Shown here piece by piece: positions 40,875 through 52,300 of a stretch of DNA of 64,000 bases. The stretch comes from Felis catus (Eukaryota): assembly GCF_018350175.1 (NCBI RefSeq), contig NC_058381.1, forward strand, positions 18,352,001-18,416,000. Reading direction: 5' to 3'. Below the pieces are notes generated by a model. The model did not search any database. It saw nothing but the letters and a program-made list of their open reading frames with translations, and was not told the origin of the DNA. Numbering within the stretch: position 1 is the stretch's first letter; each line of letters starts with the position of its first letter. The position numbers and the translations under genes are program-made.

Positions 40875-41429
40875 AAAGCTTGATTAAAAGGAAGCTTGGG
40901 ATGATTAAAATGTTTCAAAAGGAAGATGCTAGCCTATTTCCTTCCAGTAGGCGAAAGGCTCTGGGCCACAGTCAAGACAGTCTGTAGACACGCATTTGTT
41001 GGCCCACAGTGTTGGATGTGGTATTGCCTTTAAATTTTTGAATTCAGCGCTTTCCTGTAAAAGTCAGATTTCATGTATAAATCTGGATTTTGGGCTGTCT
41101 TGAAAATCCGTTCTGGTAACCGGGGGACTGAATTCTTTTTTTAACCATCGCTCCTCCTATGGTATACCTGCTCTGGAAAGTTACTCCCACAGTCACCGCA
41201 TGTGGAAGAGAACTTTTCTAAGGAAGCCAGAAGGGAAACAGCTGGGGGAGGTGGGGGCAGAAGAAAGGGCAGGCACAGCACCAGGTGGTGGTAGCCTTTG
41301 GAAGACCTGGGGTCTTGGAATTGGTATAGCAGCCAATGGTAGCTAAGTAGCATTGCCTCCCTTTGTAGACAGGGCATGTCCTTTTGTTTATTTTATTTTT
41401 TAATGTTCATTTTTTCATTTTTGGGGGGC

Positions 41430-41625
41430 TTTTTAAAAATGTTTATTACTTAGTTTTTTGAGACAGCAGGGGAGAGAGTGTGCGTGAGTGGAGGAGGGGC
41501 AGAGAGAGAGGGGAGAGAGAGAGAGAATCTCAGGCAGGCTCTGCACCTGCTCAGGGCTCGATCCCACCAACTGTGAGATCATGACCGGAGTCGGATGCTT
41601 AACCGGCTGAGCCACCCAGGCGCCC
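41430..41625 (-). mobile_element. Can-SINE followed by (GTTTT)n
   Basis: Ends GAGCCACCCAGGCGCCC. Confidence 0.85.
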
Positions 41626-42743
41626 GTTTTGTTTTGTTTTGTTTTGTTTTGTTTTGAGCCAGAATGAGGGTGCGTTTTCAGTTTCCTGGAATTGAGGCAT
41701 CCTTTGGACCCAGGAGTTCAAGGTGGCCTGGGGGGGGAAAAGATATCCCTGCTGGTGCTCCTGCCCACCGAAAGAAACCCAAATGCCTTAGCTTGGCGCA
41801 CACGGTCTTCCTGATCTGGCGCCAGCCGACCTCTTCAGCTACATCCTCGGTCCTTCCATATTCTAGGCCGCTCAGTGACTTCAGGCTCGTGTCTGTGCTA
41901 TTTTCCCTGATTGGAATGCCTTTCCCCAGCCTCCGTACTTGGTATGTGCTTGCTGACACGCCATTCCTTTTTGTGTTTTCTGCTGGAGAGAGACTGACCC
42001 AACTCTAGTCCTAGTTCAGGCAAGCATACGGTAGCCTGTGGCGTACACTGTGGGTAAGGTTCTTCCTCCCGGCTTCTTTTTTAACTCTGATCTTTAATTC
42101 ACGCGGATTTCCTCGTTTGCTTTTGGTGTTATTCCAGTACTGTGTTTGAAAAGCTTTTTCATGTCCTTTTGGGCACCTAACTGGGGATAAATATGCCATG
42201 GCTTCTCACGCTTAGTTCAAATGTGACTCCTCCGCCCCAAGCTGACCGCTGTGTTCTCCAGCGCCTGCGCGATATTTCTGTAAACGCACTTAACACGGTG
42301 TACTTTTCAGTTTACGTGTCTGTCTTCCTCCAGCTAAACTATGCGCTCCTCCCGGGCGGGCACCATGCTCCACTCATCTTTGTACCCCCAGCATCTAGCA
42401 GTGTTGGCCTGTAGAAGGCACTCAAGAAATGTGTGTTGAATGAACGGTGCCTGTGACAAGCAGCTGGACTTTATTCTTTCCTGACCCTTGCTCCTATGAC
42501 ACACCTCCTCCCGGCTGCCACTCTCAGCCCTTCAGAGCAGAACTTCTCTCCTCTAGGGAAGCCGGAAGGGAAACAGGTGAGGCTCAGAGAGGTGGAGGCA
42601 GAGGGAAGGGGGAGCCTTTGGAGGAAGAGCATCTGGGTTTTTGGCGTTGGTGTCTGGGGGCGGGAGCGGGGCTGGCCTGGGAGCAGGCATTTCCTTGGGT
42701 GGCTGGGAAGCGATTGGGGATTCAGCCTGGTTTCTTCACAGCT

Positions 42744-44744
42744 ATGGCCAAGGACATCCTGGGTGAAGCGGGGCTGCACTTTGATGAGCTGAACAAGCTG
42801 CGGGTATTGGACCCTGAGGTTACGCAGCAGACCACAGAGCTCAAGGAGGAGTGCAAGGACTTTGTGGACAGTGAGTGTCATTTGGGGAGACGTGGTGCCA
42901 CTCAGCTTTGAGCTTCCAACCGTGTCCCGCCCCCGCCCAGCCCCCAGCTCTTGTCCCTGCCAGAGTGGAGCTGTGGCTCCCTGGAAGTGGAGCCCGGCCT
43001 TTATCGATTCCCATGTACTAACCACCTCGTCTGCCCGCCCTGTAAGGCGCCCGTGTGGCCCCACACAGAGCACCAAACGGAACAAATGGTGAGATGTGGA
43101 GGATGTCCCATCGTTGCTTTTCTTCCCTCTCAGAAACCTTGAACCTCACGGAAGCAGAACTGTGGCTTGGGGGTGGGAGTAGTTAGGTACTCCCGATTCT
43201 TGGAAGAAATAGTTTTCTCGGTCGCGGGATTACCATCACTTGGAGTGAAAATTGATTAACTGGAGTCTCTAGAAGTAGCTCAACGGACTCAACGAAGTCC
43301 TATTTTAGCTGGATACCCAGGACACCTCCTGTCCCAGGAGGCAAGCACCCGAGAGCAGCGGATACAGAGCACGTGTGGTTAAAGCAGGGATTTCTGAGCC
43401 TTCCGGGCACTCCATAGTCTGCAGGGAGCTTGGCTGGTGAAAGGTAGCTTGGGCTCCCTTGCCAGTCTTCTGACTGCATGCCGTCCCTCCTCCCTGGGTC
43501 CTAGTTCACTCCTCAGTAGGATGAGGTCCCCCACACCCAAGGATGTTGAAAAAAGCGAATGGGAGATTAGCACCTGAATGCTTTGAGCTCTTTATTAGCT
43601 CTGCCCTCCGTGGGCAAACCCCTGCCCCCACCACCACCATTAACTGAAACCTAGGGCCATATCTGTGGCCAGTCAGGAGACTGTGTTCACGTCCTGAGTC
43701 CGTCCTTCTGGGGACATGCCCCTTGTGCTTCCTGTCACTCCTGGGGAGGGCAGGATGGAGTCTGTGTGGAGGATGGGCCACCGGGAGCCTCACAGACAGA
43801 GGTCAACAGTCACCGGCTGGCTCAGTTGGGACTCAAGGTCCAAGTGTGCCCTGCTCCAGCTCTGAGCGCCTGGCCACCCTCCTCTGGGTTTAGACCAAGG
43901 GTGGAAGACTCTAGGCCCGTGCGCCAGACCGCTCGGACCCACATTAGCCCTGCTCTCGCCACAAGGGAACAGAAGGGAGTGATGATGCAGAGAAAATAAA
44001 ACATTTTGTTTTCTGTTCTTCCCCTAAAAGAAATTGGCCAGTTTCAGAAAATAGTTGGTGGTTTAATTGAGCTTGTTGACCAACTGGCAAAAGAAGCAGA
44101 GAACGAGAAGATGAAGGTAAGACGAGCGTGCCTTCTCCATCTTGGCCTGGGACACGGTTCACCAGCCTCTCCTCCTGCCTGCTGGACTTTTTCTTGCTGG
44201 GGGGGGGGGGGGGGGGGGGGGATGGGATTATTTTAAGTAAAACGGGATTCTAAGTAACAATTCCCAGCCAACTCTTTCCGCTAGTCGAACTCTTTTATGC
44301 TAGTGCACTTTGTCATCATTTCATGTTCACATCGCTGAGATGGGTGGTCTTACGCTTTTGTAAGTGAAGAAGGCATACGGGGGGGTCAGTGACCCGGCAA
44401 AGGACACAGGGCTCAATGGTGCACCAGAGGGGCCACTGGCACCCGTGTGCCAGACTCCGGGGGCGGGGGGACTCGCGGATCTGCCCGAGCCGCGATGCAG
44501 GTCTCATCAGGTTATTCCAGATAGCTCTGGGGCTCGACGGTCTGTCCCCGGCTGGGCACTGAGACCGCCCCCGAGTGGCCCTCCCTCGGCTGAGGACTTA
44601 GCTGAAGACGGTTTTAACGAAGCCACGACCTTCTTTCTAGGCCATTGGTGCTCGGAACTTGCTCAAATCTATAGCAAAGCAGAGGGAGGCCCAACAGCAG
44701 CAACTCCGAGCCCTAATAGCAGAAAAGAAAATGCAGCTTGAAAG
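42744..44744 (+). CDS. IFT20: IFT20 intraflagellar transport protein 20; three coding exons visible, final coding exon inferred inside N gap 45176-45307
   Basis: Exons 42744-42870 ([42 protein letters not shown]), 44031-44116 ([29 protein letters not shown]), 44641-44744 ([35 protein letters not shown]). No stop seen; an acceptor-like TTTATTTCAT runs into the gap; AATAAA at 45602. Confidence 0.96.
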
Positions 44745-45601
44745 GTAAGAGGTGAGGGTGCAAAGAAAGTTCTTTGCTCGACTGCAGTTCTATTCTTCCT
44801 TCTTGAGTGGCCACCTCTTGTCCTTATTCTTCACCATTGTCCTCTCGGGAACAGGGTCCCACTTGCCATCTGACTTGAAGACTTAAAAAAATAAAGTCAA
44901 GACCTGTTTAACGAGAAGGAAAAAGGACACTTGTTAATACAAAACCACCTCTGGTGGTCTGGGAGCTAGAAGGCTCCGCTAGCGAGTCCGTGAAGCTGGC
45001 TAGTTCTCCTAGAGGAAAAGACCTGGAGACTTCTCACGGGTGGGCCTGGGTTGGGCTTCGCCTCTTTCTTTCTTTCTTACCCTAACTTCTTCATTATGCA
45101 CTCACACCATTTCTTGGGATCGTTTAAATCGCTTACATTCTTCTCTAGAAGAATTAAGTCCACGGTTTATTTCATNNNNNNNNNNNNNNNNNNNNNNNNN
45201 NNNNNNNNNNNNNNNNNNNNNNNNNNNNNNNNNNNNNNNNNNNNNNNNNNNNNNNNNNNNNNNNNNNNNNNNNNNNNNNNNNNNNNNNNNNNNNNNNNNN
45301 NNNNNNNTTATAGCAGGCCGGGCAAAAAACAAAACCCAAAAAAACCTCTGTACCAATCCAGTGACTTGACCAATGACCCAAGTATGTCCTGAGAGATGGT
45401 GTGGAAAAAACGCAGCATCTCTGAAGGCAATAAGCAAGTCTGGGGGGCTTGTTGCAAATGTCAGCGAACATCTGCTGGGCAGTTACCCCGTGGCCACAGT
45501 GGTCCAGGCTCTCACCTCTTGGCACTCTTAGCCTGAACTGAGCAGTCTGTAAATTCTGACCCTTTTTTTTTGTAAAGTCACAAAGCTTTCAAAGGAAGAG
45601 C

Positions 45602-45747
45602 AATAAATTATTGTTTTCAAATGGCTTGATCTGCCTCTTTTCCTGTTGCCCTTGAAGTGTACACGGAACACCTTGTAAGGGAACCCCGGACGCTCTAGCC
45701 CCCAGGCCACGAAACGAAGCAGGCAGTCGTCGGCAGCTACCTTTATT
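45602..45747. terminator. Convergent poly(A) signals of IFT20 (+, 45602-45607) and TMEM97 (-, 45742-45747)
   Basis: AATAAA on opposite strands 140 bp apart between the two 3' ends. Confidence 0.55.
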
Positions 45748-46773
45748 GGGACCGGACACAGGTGTCAGATGATACCCCATCAATCAGACCATTATGACTT
45801 GTGAGCAAAACAGATAAAAAGAGGAAGGACCAGTTACCATTTTCCATGCATTCACTGAGTTTTTGGTTTTGAGTTGGCCTTGAGTACGTATTTAGAGAAA
45901 ACTAAGGAACACCAACCAAGAGCTCCTGTATTTACACAACGGACACGTCAGGCCCAGCTGCCCCTCTACTTAGAGAACAAGCCAGGAAAGACGACGAAAC
46001 TATCAGGGAGGTGACATTATCCCCCCAGAAGCACACTTCCAGAACAGGTTTGAGACACGAGACCTCAGAGCGGGACTTAAGTCAGGTGGTCTGTAAAAAC
46101 AGAAGACTAAGGTCTTTAAGGAGACTTAAAATCTTTTCTGGGATGACCCGTTTAAGACAGAAAGAAAACACCTTCCAGCGTAACCCATTTCTGAAAGTCA
46201 GGCCAGAGCTGACCGTTGAGCAAAACCCAAGTCTAAACCTCTTACAGGACCTTTCCCCCTACCAGAGGGGGAGGCAAAAAAACCAGGATATCGTTTTTAA
46301 TGAATATTAAAGTCACATTTTAAACTTAAAAATGGCCTGAAACATCCCACTCTTCATTTTGCTGATTAACGACACGCTGTAGAGAGTCATGAATCGAGGG
46401 TTTGGTCACCTGTACGTTGTGGGTCAAGCGACTCGTGAACATGCCAAGCAGGCCACGTGTCTTATTAGTTTATCCAGTTTCTGGTCTGGTCCTGCTCCCA
46501 GTGGAACTTGGGCACACAGTGAGGGATTTGGCTCCACCTCCCTATAACCCAGCCCACACCCCCCTGTCCGTCCTCAGGTGATTGGTCCGTTGGTGCCAGT
46601 GTTCTCAGAAGGGGAGGGTCTGATGGGGCTCCTGCCAGTGTCTTGCTCTTGTGTGTTGCTGGTGTGGTTCGAACGCTACCGAAAAAACATGGGTTCTGAG
46701 CATTTTTCTGCATACCGGGTCCAACAGGAAACTGCCCTGTGGGCATCTCCCGCCGGGCCAGTGGTCATTTCTC

Positions 46774-49273
46774 TCATTTCTTCTTTCTTTTCTCCTCATA
46801 CTTGTAGTAGGGGCTCCGCAACATGAAAAGCAGAAGCATAAGAGGGATGAGAAAGTAGGGGGCGTAGACAGATACGAGGGTTAGTCGTTCGTGGAAAGTC
46901 TTAGGTCCTTGTCCTTTGAAACCGCTGGCTTTGGAGAAATCCTCAAATAGCAATGTGGAGAGAATTGGAATTACAGTTGTCATGGTGTGAACGGAGTAGA
47001 TGATTGCAGGGGTGCGGATCCACCGGCAGCCTCCTGAAGTTGGGGGAAGAGAAAGAGGTAAGCGTTAGGTATGTCCACGACTCCAGGGGCGCCCACGCCA
47101 GTCTCCACGCTTGCTCCCTTTCCACTGAATCTACCTCCTTTCCGAGTACAAACAAATGGAAAACCCGATGTGTTCTAGTATCGCCTAATGCACAAAGCTG
47201 GGGCTCTAGCCCACCGGCTGCTAAAGCGCCAAGGGTGGGGGGTGGAATTTAATTCAGAAAAACTCTAGTGGGGCGCCTGGGTGGCTCAGTCAGTTAAGTG
47301 TCTGACTTCAGCTCAGGTCATGATCTCGGGGTTCACGAGTCTGAGCCCACTCTGGATGCTCTATCCCACTCTCTCTCTGCCCCACCCCCACTTACGCGCG
47401 CGCTCTCTCTCTCTCTCTCAAAAACAAAAAATTAAAAAAAAAAAAAGCAAGAAAAAGAAACTCTAGGGCAGTAAAACGGCCATTACGATCTATGCCAGTC
47501 TGGCCTAAAAGGCAGGGGGAAGGGCCTGCCCACAGCATCTGTTAAGTAAGTATATATACAGGTGAGAAGATCAACAGATTCTGCGGAGATGGATTTGGGA
47601 GCTCCAGTGGGAAAGTGGTTGTATGAGCTTAGTTATCATGTACATTAGTATGGCCCCCGTCTTTCTAAAAGCGTTAAGTCACACGGGAACACTGTAAGAA
47701 TAAATGAGAAGTTAAGCCCTTCAGGGATTAGCCTGATGCTACTGCTGAAAAGCCAGTATGGTGCTCCCCAGATCAGAAAAATAAAAGCTAATGATAAATT
47801 CTGCAGGGGTAAAAAAAAAAAAGGCGATAAAAAGGAACAAGTTCGATCTTGAAGCAGCCTCAGGTGTAGGAGAGATCTCCAGGTGACAGTCCTTCGGCTC
47901 AGCTACCCACACAGGCATCCGCCTGAGCCACACTGATGTCCCTTTACAAGATCTGGCCATTCCCACCCCACCCTAGGTGACCCTCAGACTACAGGGATCA
48001 CTCTCCTCTGAGATACTTCCCCCAAAGATTTCCGGGACTGGGTATCAGGGCACAGATGGGATTTTCCCCCCAGTTACCAACCTTTGAAGAAGGCATAGGC
48101 TGCTATGGGGAAGAAAGGCAGCTGCAACACGAGCTCGCAAAACAGGAAGGACTTAAACCACGCTGGGGGTTCCTGTAGCAGAGGGTCTCTGAACTCCTTG
48201 GTATACCACTTCAGCAGGTTTCGCAACTGAGGAGAGAGAACGAGCACACTGAACACAGCCACCTGGCAGGACAGGCTGGCCGCTCCAACCCCCGAAGTGT
48301 CCCTCACTGCCCGGCCCCGAGGCAGCCTAGATGGCCCCTTCCTAAAGACTCCCTAGCTCTGACTCGAATGTTCCCTCCTCCAAGCCTTCCTCAGCTCTCC
48401 CAGCCCCTCTGCTACCCGTTCGTGACTCCGGGTAACACTAGCCCTGCATGTCAGCCAACGGCTGTGAAAACCACGCTAACATTTGTCCTTTAACAGCAGC
48501 TGCACACCAAGCTCCGAGGGCCAGACTGCCTCAAATACAGAAATGAATTGAGTTTGTCTTTTTCGGGGGGGGGGGGGGGCGCGTGGAACGGAAGGGAGAG
48601 AAGTTTAACCTCTTTAAGATGCACTTTCAGACAATGGAATCCCTAACTCTCAAGTTCCTCATCATTCTTAGCTACTGTAGTTCTGAAGAGTTCTCTTTTA
48701 GGAGACCCACAGGACATCTGGAGAACAAACTGCCCAAACCACAAACTGTAGAGCTTCTAGGCTGTCAAGGCTTGAGGGTTAGCAGTCCCGGTTCTAGCTT
48801 GGGGTGCACCCTCCTCTGATTACACTGTTAAATCAAAAGATGCAGACTGGGGCGCCTGGGTGGCGCAGTTGGTTGGGCGCCGACTTCAGCTCAGGTCACG
48901 ATCTCGCGGTCCGTGAGTTCAAACCCCGCATCGGGCTCTGGGCTGATGGCTCAGAGCCTGGAGCCTGCTTCCGATTCTGTGTCTCCCTCTCTCTCTGCCC
49001 CTCCCCCTTCATGCTTTGTCTCTCTCTGTCTCAAAAATAATAAATAAACGTTTAAAAAAAAATTAAAAAAAAAAAAAAAAGATGCAGATCCAGGGGCGCC
49101 TGGGTGGCTCAGCCGGTTGAGTGACCACCTCTTGATTTTCCACTCAGGTCATGATCCCAGAGTTGTGGGACTGAGTCCCGCGTCAGCTCCCAGCTGAGCA
49201 TGGAGCCTGCTTAAGATTCTCTCTCTCCCTCTGCCCCTCTCCCCGACTCATGTGCTCGCGTGTGCTTCCTCTC

Positions 49274-49314
<41 letters not shown>

Positions 49315-52300
49315 TGCAGACCCATGGCTACCAGCAGAGGAAGGAAGCAGAAAGGTTGGAGGTTGCCCATTCTGTGCCTTTAAGGGCCCAAAGCGTAGGG
49401 CTCCCCCGCATCACATGGGACTACAAAAGGTCGGTCACAGTTTACATCCTGGAGATGGCGCTGTCCTGCCACACCTGTCTCCAAAGCTAAAATATATATA
49501 TACAATATCAAGTTACAGCAAATAAAGGGAACTTCCAATGTAAGGATTTAGCTTGCAGTGGAAAAGCCATTTTTTTCCATTGCAGTATTTTTCCTGTTAA
49601 TTTTTAGTCAAAAGATAAAGGCTCACCATTGTGAAACCAAGGCCTCACCGCTGAAGCTGAGCTTTAAGCAAATAGCCAGAAACAAACATTCTGTTAGCAT
49701 GATATTAATTTCAGAAAGGCTCTGGCTAGATTACCAGCTTATCGACCGGGTGATGTCTAATTTGTACTTGATCTGAAGTTGAAACTCACAGCAATACCCT
49801 TAGCTTCCTTCTAGGCACTCCTCAGGACGGTAAGGTGGCAGAAAAAAATTCATAAAGGTTAAGTCACTGCACCTCTCCTGGGCTCTATTTCCTCGTCTGT
49901 GGAACAAGCAACTTGAGCCAAATGTTTTTGGAGATCCTTTTTTTGCTCTCCAGATATTCTTTAAAAAATATTGGGGGGGAGGGGAGGCGCCTGGGTGGCT
50001 CAGTTGGTTGGGCGGCCGACTTCGGCTCATGTCATGATCTCGTGGTCCGTGAGTTCGAGCCCCGCATCGGGCTCCGTGCTGACAGCTCGGAGCCTGGAGC
50101 CTGTTTCGGATTCTGTGTCTCCCTCTCTCTCTGCCCCTCCCCTGTTCATGCTCCGTCTCTCTCTGTCTCAAAAATAAATAAACGTTAAAAAAAAATTAAA
50201 AAAAAAAATATTGGAGGGAATGACCTGCTGTCAAGATTTACCGTAGAAATTTAAAAGGCATCCTGGTTTGATTTCATTTTCTGTTCCATTTGTATACAGT
50301 CTATTTCATAAATCCAGGATGAGATCAGCAAAACTCAGCCAGCTCTTGTAGGTCATCAATTAGGATCCTAGCGCCCGCCCACAGTCGCCTGCGAGCCGCA
50401 TGCTGCCGGAAAGGACCTGGACTGAGGGCTGAGGGCAAGCCAACCGCAGGCCCCTGGTAGAGTGAAGGGCTCCGGGTGCGGGCTTTGGGCAAAGCACTTA
50501 AATCTCACTGAACTTGCTTCCCAATTATAGCACTTCCTTCACTAATGGGAAGATTAAATGAGTTAATGTACACGGTCTTTAGAACAATGGCAAGCACAGA
50601 GTAAATCTTACAATTACTTAGTTGAACTTAACACGTATGTGGAGAAATTCAAGTTTAATCCTATTAAGAGCGCAGCATGCAACTGGTCCTTAAGAACTAC
50701 TCTTATTAGGTAAGTCCCCCAAAATGGTTTATTACCTGACTCACATTTTTTGTTTTTAATTTTTATTTATTTCTGAGAGAGACAGAGTGTGAGCAGGGGA
50801 GGGGCAGAGAGAGAGGGAGACAGAATCCAAAGCAGACTCCAGGCTCCAAGCTGTCAGCACAGAGCCCGACGCGGGGCTTGAACTCACGGACCACGAGATC
50901 GTGACCTGAGCTGAAGTCGGACACTTAACCGACTGAGCCACCCAGGCGTCCCTATACCTGACACATTGGACTCCACTTACCATTGGTATCCATTAAACTA
51001 CTGACCTGGCCTATAAACAAGGATTTTTAAAAATAGATTATTTTACATTTTTAAGGCCACAATCCATTTTTTTAAGTTTATTTCTTTGATAAAGTTTATC
51101 TGAGAGAGAGCGCGCATGTGCGGGCTCGTGACTGGGAAGGCGGGGCGGGGGGAGAGATAGAGAATGAGAGTATCCCTGCTTGGGATTGCAGGGCTTGAAC
51201 TCACGAACCGTGAGATCATGACCTGAGCCGAAACCAAGAGCCGGCTGCTTAACTGACTGAGCCTCCCAGGCACCCCTGGCACCAGAATTTCTAAACCAGG
51301 AATTGCCACTGAACAATCCTGCACTTTTCTACCTTAGGAGGAGCACAGGCCGATTTCACACCTAGACGCTCACCTTAAACAGAACCAATGCTACCAGCTG
51401 CAAACGATACTGCACAATGCCTTCCCCATCCTCTCCATGTTCCAATCCAAACTAAATTCTTTTTGTTGCAGAGTAAGAGTTTTTCCGAGTATTGGCCGGT
51501 TCAAACCAAGGAAGATCAGCCCCAACCATTATGGGATCGCCACAAGCATTTTAGTTCTAGGAGAAAATTCCTTCTATTTGGGGAAGAAAAACACAACAGA
51601 TGTGAAGATTGGGCATTTTTTTCAAAGAGAATCTGAGAATCCCTCAAGGCTTGTATTATTATTTTCCCCATAACGAAGCAACAAAACCATCAATGTCAAC
51701 TCCAAAGCAACAAGAGTGAAGAGAGACAACAGCCCTTCCAAAATAGGATCCCCCACCCCGTGTCGCCAGCACCTTCAAACAGCATCAGATGGAAAGACAC
51801 AGACGTACACAATTTCTGGCCAGGTCCCACTGGCAATGGCCCTTGACCTTTTACAGTAAGTCAACATTAAAACCGAGAAAACTTTACCAAATCAAAGAGA
51901 TAAGCTGAAATGGGGTCTTTATGATGCTGGACACATTTGAACTGTATTTGGGGGTGGTAAGGAAGAACCTGTGGGAATGGCATATTCAGAAGAGATCAAG
52001 AAAGCACCAGCTGTTGGGGCGCCTGGGTGGCGCAGTCGGTTAAGCGTCCGACTTCAGCCAGGTCACGATCTCGCGGTCCGTGAGTTCGAGCCCCGCGTCA
52101 GGCTCTGGGCTGATGGCTCAGAGCCTGGAGCCTGTTTCCGATTCTGTGTCTCCCTCTCTCTCTGCCCCTCCCCCGTTCATGCTCTGTCTCTCTCTGTCCC
52201 AAAAATAAATAAACGTTGAAAAAAAAAATTTAAAAAAAAAAAAAAAAGAAAGCACCAGCTGTTAAGTCCGGAGTAACCTGGAGTAACTAACGTAAGTGCC

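Noticed and set aside
42744-45307. IFT20 as a truncated gene or pseudogene
   Set aside because: Visible exons are intact and the missing exon maps to an N gap.
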